Part shown: piece after piece, positions 40,301 to 46,928 of the stretch
How positions within the stretch are numbered: the stretch's first letter is position 1
How the letters are laid out: each line of letters begins with the position of its first letter
Source of the DNA: an uncultured Phycisphaeraceae bacterium
Lineage (GTDB): Bacteria; Planctomycetota; Phycisphaerae; UBA1845
Direction: 5' to 3'
DNA length: 64,000 nucleotides
NCBI GenBank assembly: GCA_964648365.1
Contig: CAZYLK010000006.1
Coordinates: 2,322 to 66,321, forward strand
Program-made: the position numbers and the translations under genes
The notes under the pieces: model-generated
What the model was told of the DNA's origin: nothing
The model's database searches: none
The model's input: the letters and a program-made list of their open reading frames with translations, nothing else

Positions 40301-40787
40301 CCGGCATACAGTCGCAGAACTCTTCACCCGCACCATAGGCATAGCCGGCCGGCGTGAAGTTCTCGATGTAGGGCGGCCCCGGCGTGCAGGCCGTGGCGGC
40401 GCGCACGCGAAGGTTGATGTAGTCCTGCGGCGTGGGCAGATCCCACTCGTTCGGACCGTCAATACGCCACGGCAGATTCGTCCAGTCCGTCACCTCGCCG
40501 GTGATCGTCACGGCGCCGTAGCTGATCTCCTCCCAGTACTCCGCAAAGGAGTCCGGACGCTCGAAATACACCTCCTTGAAGCGACCCCGCGCCACGTAGC
40601 CCTCCTCCGGGTCGCCGCCGAAGCCGGTCTCCGGATCCAGGAAGGACTTGGGCGAGTGGGCCAGAATCACGAGGTAAGATCGTTCTTCGGCCTGCGCTCG
40701 CTCGATCGTCGCCACCGACGCCGCGGCCACACAGAAGGCCAGCGCCGTCAACGGCCAGGATCGACTTCTCTTGTTACGCGCTCTCAT
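34368..40787 (-). CDS. secreted M6 (InhA/PrtV)-like zinc metalloprotease with about 6 PKD domains and a C-terminal hydrophobic/Arg anchor
   Basis: The signal peptide is MRARNKRSRSWPLTALAFCVAAASVATIERAQA, from ATG 40787, which has a GGGAG RBS. The zinc motif is AHEYGHSWEGWPDLYDYD. PKD signatures include YEWDFGDGS, YTWDWGDGT, YLWDFGDGT, FRWLFGDGS, VEWDFETDG and YAWEFRDAE. The C-terminal tail is GGDGGTVCGFGMLFGVLGSLLGLTAMLAGRRRYRL. Confidence 0.85.
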   Translation of the reverse strand: MRARNKRSRSWPLTALAFCVAAASVATIERAQAEERSYLVILAHSPKSFLDPETGFGGDPEEGYVARGRFKEVYFERPDSFAEYWEEISYGAVTITGEVTDWTNLPWRIDGPNEWDLPTPQDYINLRVRAATACTPGPPYIENFTPAGYAYGAGEEFCDCMPAPPGDQNPTITPSKCGALIILDLVAELPNAPKPRGSGVDDFPAVGFNVYTPGERFIDLDGDRMWDGLDEKFDMMCRFGPCEGDPEGVVGPRGCDEPGCGDLEMAACDWGGDGPEGEFGFGQPDGNFNPGFRTGECVIPLDAGGSVAECGNYEALTNCVPEGTELPPCCQCEDPEQDPDPDCIDGIYGLTCDPSNSYEGAPPECGGEVLPICCEFDDWDLDNNVDFVEPFEDFMVMWNPTGSSANGVWVPVADAYVDSNYPGIKEVLKTFDLINNPIGRTGNGFYDSPDLFIDRGSSKMMQDAGNNRFSGTIPKPGASAASNSPIGPMYAIEEPWYEQFWLDRYGEDSAPPPWPEGGYGPSDPENCPRDPRQRNVPECTPLAGSSNSPRMREFDPEFPVPPVVEPSGEGEKRWFAPNVGGWSGGGVGLPDDPFRLFASDDNDEPVLPDEEFGYYDGWVEHDDLASSKYHHAGDQRLGEITYPLSDLVTFGSEEYVAVWGRDVGSHEHGVPQLSPDQIGIAAGPYATNIHGNGGFDSGDVCILEWLTWRTNIDPNAPEAGGQSNGHAWVIDRGGSTYHPFATPAEGQVQGMGIGFRDYNLDGMVDQGETRPARAENYTQDFDSLGGTSEDYPWNRQRMMEDLVEALDYQWQWEAFNDEASMRRVLCPAEATFAVFLDPIQNYAQFDTDYLKFVKSTGFQSGIVLLPEGSYGSEGGQRFPRAPSFYPIHTEDFKEPSDAIHMYPDWSDQRLVREGDRFVYRKNDNSCYVPHPNQQSGCQTAVTYTMNMHFHDLVIALGVGGEGNANLPTEGFQIGYSAHEYGHSWEGWPDLYDYDVFSPPGVHINCPIGEWDIMASGGMVHPSPFLKAYPCTNWIQENDFTAEVTPGVPRSITVAPYEKANDAVFYIENPRDGTNKGGRERFWVWSQTDPESPFDTQLPGPGLMIQRTNDDENLEGRPPQQRSYPFQFHNLQADGLEELEDGIDCGDAGDPFPGELDPDFPGNNPNRSWNADTDPNNNWVAHRSSSGLELDNITHLPSGDSIIDVTWIPQTLPSFRFQLTGSSINGRYRVHFEVNDVHGGSSVYLFHTTNPEELEIAPNGANFVGSVRKSRPGREKLTVWWDIQDLPDGTYYLFAYLVPGPGNSGDEAVSTPDVGEFGKPNRRTLGIGQIEPTAVDTPVLKTTGEFASVSLNTLSDPSKTFVTDGVQAGDYLDLIELGWGIFEITAVTQTTLTTAVQMTGAEPVLSLDYQVVDLDSTARFETWVINTKSPFGEKWNVRGTLSGPASQATLGQPYTSDDGQISFVINKGSRRVCNENGEECRDVPVEFQLDDQFTIVTTGKTAPSFDITIREHTISQGPIAKIIADRLSGDPPLLVKFDARSSVEPEGLAMTFRWLFGDGSGPATGPLVEHLFTRPGRFTVTLVATNSEGYSGQTQIEIQVLNGAPNAVIKANPVSGPVPLQVTFDGTGSSDPEGGQLTYEWDFGDGSPKSPLPVVAHTYFNECKDEQGNFRPCRPMLTVCDDAEEPKCSSAFRDILVGNSNPVASIKATPLLGVAPLDVTFNASKSIDPDGDQNLIVEWDFETDGKIDATGPININGNGDYVFTYRENGDFRATAYVRDQKLGVGRASINITVFEGGVEIERPVAKFSIEPDPPQGETPFEVSVDGSLSRDLQGPIVSYTWDWGDGTSATEGVRATHTYERPGTFRVQLTVLDTDGNSHSRSRTVLVTQGEGGGGPDIEPNRPPVAVVNVDVATGPAPLTVRFNGGGSTDPDQDALAYLWDFGDGTTGEGVQVVHTYDEVGTFFARLLVADEHGGRGTRTQKIVVEPALVNRAPTAYIASGSRSGTAPLTLTFESASVDPDGDALSYAWEFRDAESGDVIARDESGAEVNFRFDAAGRYEVQLTVTDPAGLSDTAPFEIVTVTARVVDNGNDNTAPQENDNEAGQGGDGGTVCGFGMLFGVLGSLLGLTAMLAGRRRYRL

Positions 40788-41192
40788 AACTGTTTCACTC
40801 CCGTGCCTTCGACCCCCGTCACCCTCGTTGGCGGCGGAAGGCCAATGCCAAACATTCGCACTCGTGGCTTCTAAACTCCAAATCCCGGACCGAAGGTCGA
40901 GTAGCGGCACTCGGCCGGTGCAAAGCGGCGGATCGAACGTGTCGGCCAGCGAAATCCAGCGAGAGAGATCTTCCGACACGACCGCAGCCGCCATGCCGCG
41001 CCGACACCCCCAAGGCCCGCCCCAGCGTCGCAGGCCGGCTACGCATTCCGGGGGTCGGAATCGACGGCAATCGTATCGCCCGTGTTAAGTGTCCGTCAAC
41101 CGGTAAACCCCCTCGACTGCGCGGGATTCCGCATCCGGGGCGATTATCGGCGCGACCGGAAGGTTCTCGGCCCGAACCGCGCCCGGGCCGGG

Positions 41193-41233
41193 TAAAAGGA
41201 ACGGCGCCGGGTGGAAAACTCCCACCCGGCGCC
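41193..41233 (-). terminator. intrinsic terminator after the FG-GAP gene
   Basis: GGCGCCGGGTGG-(7 nt)-CCACCCGGCGCC is a perfect 12-bp stem. On the minus strand it is followed by GTTCCTTTTA, 54 nt after the stop. Confidence 0.6.
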
Positions 41234-41286
41234 GCGTTCGTGAACTCACGTTATCCGGACCGGTCGGTCCGGGCGATGGCCAAGAG

Positions 41287-44200
41287 TTATGGAACCTGGC
41301 CGCCGTAGATCAGGTAGGCCTCGCCGCCGTTCTGGACGCCGACGCCCGTGATCGAGTCGCGGCGCGGATCGGCCAGAACCGACCCGATGATGATATCCGC
41401 GATCCCGTCGCCGTCCACGTCGCCCGCCGTGGACAGGCCGAACGAACGACCCCGACCGGACTTACCGTCGATGCCGCCCATGTTCGCGTCCCCGGCGTCG
41501 CCGCCGCCCAGGTGGTCGCCCGCGCGACGCCCGGCGATCATGAAGCCCCGCATCGCGCTGCTGCCCAGCGCCTCGACGCCGAGGATCCCGGTGCCGCCCA
41601 GCAGGTCGAACCGGTTCATGTCGCCGTCCGAGCCGTAAATGACGTACACCAGGCCCGCTTCCGCCATCGTGTCATCGAAACCGGGCAGATCGAACGTGTC
41701 GCCGATCGGATCCGGCAGGCCGTCGAAGTCCAGGTCCAGACCCGGCGTCGTCAGCACGTCGTTGGCGTCGGACGGATCGGGGTCGATGCGCGGCGTGGCG
41801 TAGGGCGCCGCGACCAGCAGGTCGTCGATGCCGTCGCCGTTCACGTCCCCGCCGTTGGCCACGTTGAACCCGAAGTTACCGTCCGCATCGAGCGCGTTAC
41901 CGGTGATAATCGCCGCCCGGCCGGTGGCCAGAAGCGTCTCGATCAACACGCCGTGCTGCGGGCTGGTCAGGTTCGAGTCCGCGAAGATGATCACGATCTG
42001 GCCCTGGCCGTCATTGGCATTGGGGCTGCCCACGACCAGATCGCCCACGCCGTCGCCGTTGAAGTCGACGCCGGAGGTGATGGTGGAACCGAAGGCGTCC
42101 GGCGTCGCCGCGACGACCAGCACGCCCTGCAAGCGCTCCGGATCGTCCGTCGCCAGGCTCAGCTTTTCGAGGACGTAGTCATCCTCGATCGCCTGCTCGC
42201 GACGGAAGGCGATGTACAACCGGCCCAGACCCTCATTGGCATCCGGGGCGCCGATCGCAAAGTCGTTGCGACCGTCGCGGTTGAAGTCCGAAATGCCGGT
42301 GAGGGTGCTGATGTGGTCGCCTTCCAGTCCGGCGATGCGCGTCGCATCGATGTTATCGATGCGGGCGATGCCGCTGACGCTGTCGCAGTGACTGGGCGAA
42401 CCCACGACGTACTGGTGCGGCCGCGGAGGCATTGCGCCGCCCGAGCCTTCCCAGAGATTGCGATTCTCGAAGATGTACGCCACACCGGCGCCGCTGATCT
42501 GGGTGGAACCCAGACCGCTGATCTCCGGACCCGTCTCCGTGCCGACATCGCCGCCGCAGCAGAGCAGGCCGCGCGCGACGCGATTGGGCGCCGAGACGAT
42601 GAGTTCACCGTCCGATCCAGGCGTCTGAATCGTCACCGACGCGGAGGTGGCGAAGGCGTCATCAATGCCGATGCCGATGATGCGGGCCCCGATCGGCTCG
42701 ATCACCGCGGCCGTGTCGGGGTAGAACCCGCTGAATCCGGCGCCGGGGACGAGGAGCGGGGACGACGGCTGACAGATCTGTCGGCCGCCGCAGAGCGTCA
42801 GACACGGACCCCAGCCCGCGGCACATCCGTTCAGGACGTACTGCGTGATGAAGTCGTCCGCCAGCGACGGTGCGAAGCCCATGTCGCCGGCCCACACGGT
42901 CAGGCTGTCCAGCGCGCCGTCCGTGTTCGGCATCACGCAGCTACCCACGCACTCGCCGGTCTCCGGGTCGACCGAGAAGTTATCCGCGAAGGCAAGCTCC
43001 TCGTAACCGCCGTAGGCGACGCTGCTGGTGAAAAGCTGTCCGACCAGATCCAGGTGAATCACAGGGGCGCCGCCCGACTGCGGTTCGCCCAGAATCCGGT
43101 TCTTGCTGCTGACGATCACCAGACCGCCGCGCAGGAACTGATCCTCCTCCTCCAGCGTGCAGAGGAAATCCGGGTCAATCACGCCATCCTGGAACGGACT
43201 GATGTTATGCCCGCGGGACGCCGTGTTCGGGAAGCCGAAGGCCAGCTCCGCAATGCCGTCTCCGTCCACGTCCGGCAGCGGGATGACGAAGGTCATGCCG
43301 TCCGTCTCGTTGCTGCCTTCCGGCGTGCGGATGCCGGAGAAGGAAACGCCCTTCAGCAGGGACGTGCCGATCGAGTTCAGGTTGTAGATGCCCGAGTACC
43401 GCGTGCTGCGGCCGTACACCATATAGGCCTCGCCCGGTCCGATGCCGGTCGGGTTGATGAAAAACGGCTTGCCGTAGCGCGAGAGGACCGCGAACTCGTC
43501 GCGGCCGTCGCCGTCCAGGTCGCCAGGCGACGCGAACGACGTGCCCGCGTTGTCTTCGACGTTGACGCCCTCGAAGATCGCCGCGGAGATGCCGCGCAGG
43601 CCCACGCCCGGCGCCCCCGCCCAGATGATCGCCGGCAGGCCGGACACGTGAACCGTCGTGGGCGCAGGAACCAGCAGTTCCGCCACGTCCGGATCGTTGA
43701 ACCGGATGCGGACGAAGACCTGGTAGATGCCGGACGTGTCCTGCGAGAAGACCGTGCTGCGGACGTCGGTCGACGACGGCGGCAGGATCTCGATCTCACC
43801 CTCGACCAGCCCGCCGTCGGCATCCATGCGCTGATAGAACACGTCCACCGTGCCCGCCGTCGGCGGGACGTTGGTATCCCACTCGACGTCGACCTCCGCG
43901 CCCGGCTGCACCGTGACGCCGAGGTTGGGCGCGAGCACTTCCAGTGTGGGCGTCTTGACGACGATCAGGCGGCCGGCGGCGTACGCGCTGACCGGATCGT
44001 TGATATTGTCCACCACGGTGCCGCCGATGGCGTAGGTGCCCTCGGCGATGTCTTCGGTGCTGATCTGCAGCGACACCGTCGCCGGATCGGCCCCGATCAG
44101 GAGGAAGTCTTCATTACCGTTGTTCGGCGTGGTGTCCACGTCGAGGAAGATGCTGACCGAACCCTCCGCGCCATCCTCCCGAATGGTCGCGGCAAACGTC

Positions 44201-45312
44201 GTTGTGACGATCTCCGTCAGGAAGGTGCGAACGTCGGCGCTGGGCGCCGTGAACACGAGGGTCGGCGGCTTCGGCGCCGGCGGCGGCTGCTGAACCGTAA
44301 TGATCGCATCGGTGAACCGGGTCACAACGCGGTTCGACTTTCCGGCGGCCACGGTGCCGGCGATGGAGTTACCCGTATCGGTCGCGGACACGCCGAGCCG
44401 GTAGGTGGCCGGCGTGACGTTGTCGGTGCGCCAGACGACGCGGCCGACGTTGCCGCTGCCGACGGCGATCTGCACGCCGCGCTGCTCCTCCGAGCAGCCG
44501 GCCGTATCCACGTCGGTATTCGGTTCGGTGCCGGGACAGGTGTCCGCACTGTTGCCGATGCCGTCGGCGTCGTAGTCGGTCGCGTCCTGGGTAGGCCCAC
44601 AGCCGTTGGCGTCGACGGATTCACGCTCGTTGGGCGAGGTCGAGGGACAATTGTCGATGCCGTTTGCGACGCCGTCGCTGTCGCTGTCGCGGGCATCGTA
44701 ACGGACAGCGAAGAGCCGCCACTGCACGTTTTCCGGCACCTTGCGACAGTCGAAGGTGACGCTGACCTGCTCGCCCGGCTCGATCGAAAGGTCCGCAACC
44801 GGCTCCAGGAAGATCGGGTCCGGCGGATCCTCGACGACGACCAGGCCGGTCGTGGTGATCTTGAACGACTCGTTCCCGAGGGTGACGGTCAGACCGAGGC
44901 GGTAGTTGCCCGCGGAGCGCTCGGCCACCGGGAAGTCCACCGCCATGTTGATGCCCGGAGGCAGGTTCTGCTCGAACACCGCTTCAGGCCCGATCGGCGC
45001 GGCGCCGGGCGTGGTATCCGCCACGGGCACGTAATAAGCGTCGATGCTGGTCGGCTGCCCGTCAACGGTGTAGAGCAGGGAGACGGCGTCGGCGCCGGAA
45101 ATCGAAAAGTTGGATTGAAGATTGAGGATGGCACTTTTCGACTTCAGCTCATCGACGGTCTCGACGTTGTCGTTCGCAGACCCCTCGTTATCGTTGCCGC
45201 CTGGCTGCACCGGAATGCACGCGCCGGCCACCACCAGGGCGGTCACCACCGACGCAAGGGCCAGACCTCGAATGGCGCGCCCGTAAAGGGGGACACCTTG
45301 AGAATCAGTCAT
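41287..45312 (-). CDS. exported FG-GAP/VCBS repeat (integrin-alpha-like) protein with thrombospondin type-3 repeats
   Basis: The N-terminal signal has a possible lipobox (VVAGAC). TSP3-like segments are DSDSDGVANGIDNCP and DYDADGIGNSADTCP. There are six or more FG-GAP Ca-binding loops (DLDGDGRDEFAV, DVDGDGIAELAFG, DFNRDGRNDFAIGAP, DFNGDGVGDLVVGSP, DVNGDGIDDLLVAAP, DVDGDGIADIIIGS). Confidence 0.8.
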   Translation of the reverse strand: MTDSQGVPLYGRAIRGLALASVVTALVVAGACIPVQPGGNDNEGSANDNVETVDELKSKSAILNLQSNFSISGADAVSLLYTVDGQPTSIDAYYVPVADTTPGAAPIGPEAVFEQNLPPGINMAVDFPVAERSAGNYRLGLTVTLGNESFKITTTGLVVVEDPPDPIFLEPVADLSIEPGEQVSVTFDCRKVPENVQWRLFAVRYDARDSDSDGVANGIDNCPSTSPNERESVDANGCGPTQDATDYDADGIGNSADTCPGTEPNTDVDTAGCSEEQRGVQIAVGSGNVGRVVWRTDNVTPATYRLGVSATDTGNSIAGTVAAGKSNRVVTRFTDAIITVQQPPPAPKPPTLVFTAPSADVRTFLTEIVTTTFAATIREDGAEGSVSIFLDVDTTPNNGNEDFLLIGADPATVSLQISTEDIAEGTYAIGGTVVDNINDPVSAYAAGRLIVVKTPTLEVLAPNLGVTVQPGAEVDVEWDTNVPPTAGTVDVFYQRMDADGGLVEGEIEILPPSSTDVRSTVFSQDTSGIYQVFVRIRFNDPDVAELLVPAPTTVHVSGLPAIIWAGAPGVGLRGISAAIFEGVNVEDNAGTSFASPGDLDGDGRDEFAVLSRYGKPFFINPTGIGPGEAYMVYGRSTRYSGIYNLNSIGTSLLKGVSFSGIRTPEGSNETDGMTFVIPLPDVDGDGIAELAFGFPNTASRGHNISPFQDGVIDPDFLCTLEEEDQFLRGGLVIVSSKNRILGEPQSGGAPVIHLDLVGQLFTSSVAYGGYEELAFADNFSVDPETGECVGSCVMPNTDGALDSLTVWAGDMGFAPSLADDFITQYVLNGCAAGWGPCLTLCGGRQICQPSSPLLVPGAGFSGFYPDTAAVIEPIGARIIGIGIDDAFATSASVTIQTPGSDGELIVSAPNRVARGLLCCGGDVGTETGPEISGLGSTQISGAGVAYIFENRNLWEGSGGAMPPRPHQYVVGSPSHCDSVSGIARIDNIDATRIAGLEGDHISTLTGISDFNRDGRNDFAIGAPDANEGLGRLYIAFRREQAIEDDYVLEKLSLATDDPERLQGVLVVAATPDAFGSTITSGVDFNGDGVGDLVVGSPNANDGQGQIVIIFADSNLTSPQHGVLIETLLATGRAAIITGNALDADGNFGFNVANGGDVNGDGIDDLLVAAPYATPRIDPDPSDANDVLTTPGLDLDFDGLPDPIGDTFDLPGFDDTMAEAGLVYVIYGSDGDMNRFDLLGGTGILGVEALGSSAMRGFMIAGRRAGDHLGGGDAGDANMGGIDGKSGRGRSFGLSTAGDVDGDGIADIIIGSVLADPRRDSITGVGVQNGGEAYLIYGGQVP

Positions 45313-45518
45313 GGTTCTCGTACTCCATCAGGTCGAACAAACCGAGCCCGTCCCGTCTCGCACGGGTCGGAAGGCGTGTCAAAGCATCTACTGCCACCAA
45401 GCGGAGCGGGGAGCCATCGTCTGTTTTCGCACCGCGCGAAATCCCCCCGCGGGTCTGCGTAGCCGGCCCGTTATACGACTGCCCCAAGAGACCTGTCAAC
45501 CGTAGTTGTCCTGACGCG

Positions 45519-45560
45519 ACCGCGCCACGACGCCCGCGCCCGCGGCCGACGACGACGGCG
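45519..45560 (+). repeat. 42-bp perfect direct repeat, copy 1
   Basis: ACCGCGCCACGACGCCCGCGCCCGCGGCCGACGACGACGGCG is identical to 45729-45770. Confidence 0.9.
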
Positions 45561-45728
45561 GCGACCGCCCGCGCCGGCGAGCATAGAGAGCCGACCGGCG
45601 CGCGTGGCACGGGCATCCTGCCCGTGATGACCCGCTGCAGGACTTGCCCACGGCCTGGAGGTCGAACATCCGCCCGTGGAGAGGCCGCACCACGAGGGCC
45701 GCCGGCCTGCTCGCCCCATCACGCACCC

Positions 45729-45770
45729 ACCGCGCCACGACGCCCGCGCCCGCGGCCGACGACGACGGCG
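45729..45770 (+). repeat. 42-bp perfect direct repeat, copy 2
   Basis: It is the same 42-mer, with a start-to-start spacing of 210 bp. Confidence 0.9.
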
Positions 45771-45969
45771 ATACCCCGTGCCGGGCGCCGAGGCAGGCAT
45801 CGGGGGAACATCAACCTAACAACCCAATTCGAGAAGCTCACGGCCCGGGGGGCGGGGCCGCCGCCGTCCGCCGGTTCGCGGGCGAGCGCCGCCGCCCGCG
45901 GAGCATGCGCAAGCCCGTGCCGATCTCACGGAGGGGAAGCGGGCGCTGCATCGACCGCCGCGGGCGGAA

Positions 45970-46881
45970 TCACTCCGGGCAGGCGATGCAGGAGAACCGG
46001 TCGACGTCGAAGACGGTGTTCGCCGCCACGCTCACCCGGGCGTAGTCGCCCGACTGGTTGTAGTCCCCGAGCAGGGACATCAGCCGGTTCACGTCGAGGA
46101 ACCCGTAGCTCCCCACCGTCAGGTTCCCCGTCCCCACGACCGGGGCGTCGACCACGAGCGTGTTGGAGTCCTCGGGGTCGGCACAGTCGTCGCAGGTCAC
46201 GCTCCAGTGCCCGGAGCCGATCTTCGGGGCGCAGGTGAGCGTAATCGTGTCGCCAACCTGCGTGCCGGCGCTGATCGTATCGTTGGGGTCGACGAGGCCG
46301 TTGTTGACCAGGGCGACCCGGATCGTGACCGAACCGCGGATGGCGTTGCCGCTGCCGAGAATGAGCGTCTCGGCGCTGGGATAGAGAGAGGGTGTCAGCT
46401 CCATCACGAAGTTCGCGCCGAGGAGCGTACCCGTCCCGATGGTTTCGTACGTGTGACCCCCGGCAAAGTCGATGTGGCCGTCCTCGATCACGCCGTCCAG
46501 TTCAATCAGGCCGCCGCCCGTGAGCACGAGGCGATCGTTCCCCAGGTCGATGCGGGCGAACTCCGCGACCGAAAGGGCGCTCTTGCCTGCGATCGTCAAG
46601 TCGGCCGCGAGGGAGAGTTCGGCGCCCGCGCCGACGCCGTTGTTGCCCAGCGTAAGCGATTTGATGGTCACGTTATCACCGAGAATCGGATAGTGGGCCC
46701 CCACCAGATGCGGAATCGTCGCCGTGTCCTCACTATCGTCGGGGTATCCGCCTCCGGCTGAGTCCCAGTTACTGGCACTCTCCCAAGCGGTACCCGCACC
46801 ATTCCAAGTGTAATCTGCCCCTGACGCAACGTTGAACGACAACGCAAGGACTGCAATGATCATGCTCTTCTTGCAGGACAT
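45970..46881 (-). CDS. secreted protein, paralog family A (long form, A1)
   Basis: The signal peptide is MSCKKSMIIAVLALSFNVASGA. The N-terminal motif is YTWNGAGTAWESASNWDSAGGGYP..DTATIP, followed by a Gly/Thr-rich beta-helix-like body. It is homologous to A3. A GGAGAA RBS is present. Confidence 0.7.
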   Translation of the reverse strand: MSCKKSMIIAVLALSFNVASGADYTWNGAGTAWESASNWDSAGGGYPDDSEDTATIPHLVGAHYPILGDNVTIKSLTLGNNGVGAGAELSLAADLTIAGKSALSVAEFARIDLGNDRLVLTGGGLIELDGVIEDGHIDFAGGHTYETIGTGTLLGANFVMELTPSLYPSAETLILGSGNAIRGSVTIRVALVNNGLVDPNDTISAGTQVGDTITLTCAPKIGSGHWSVTCDDCADPEDSNTLVVDAPVVGTGNLTVGSYGFLDVNRLMSLLGDYNQSGDYARVSVAANTVFDVDRFSCIACPE

Positions 46882-46928
46882 ACGGCTTCTCCAATTCCGT
46901 TACAGCTTGAGATCAAGTTCGCGTGGGA

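Noticed and set aside
34149-40874. 2241-aa plus-strand ORF antisense to the giant protease gene. The same pattern applies to 41512..45462 (1316 aa) antisense to the FG-GAP gene.
   Set aside because: These are typical high-GC shadow ORFs. They have extreme Arg/Ala/Gly/Val content and no motifs, signal peptide or repeats. The opposite strand carries clear HEXXH, PKD and FG-GAP signatures and proper RBS and terminators.
45471-46238. ORFs in the FG-GAP/A1 intergenic region (109 aa and 80 aa on the minus strand, 204 aa and 133 aa on the plus strand).
   Set aside because: They have poly-Arg/Pro/Ala composition driven by GC-rich non-coding DNA and by the 42-bp direct repeat. They have no RBS or motifs, and the 204-aa ORF overlaps the 3' end of A1.
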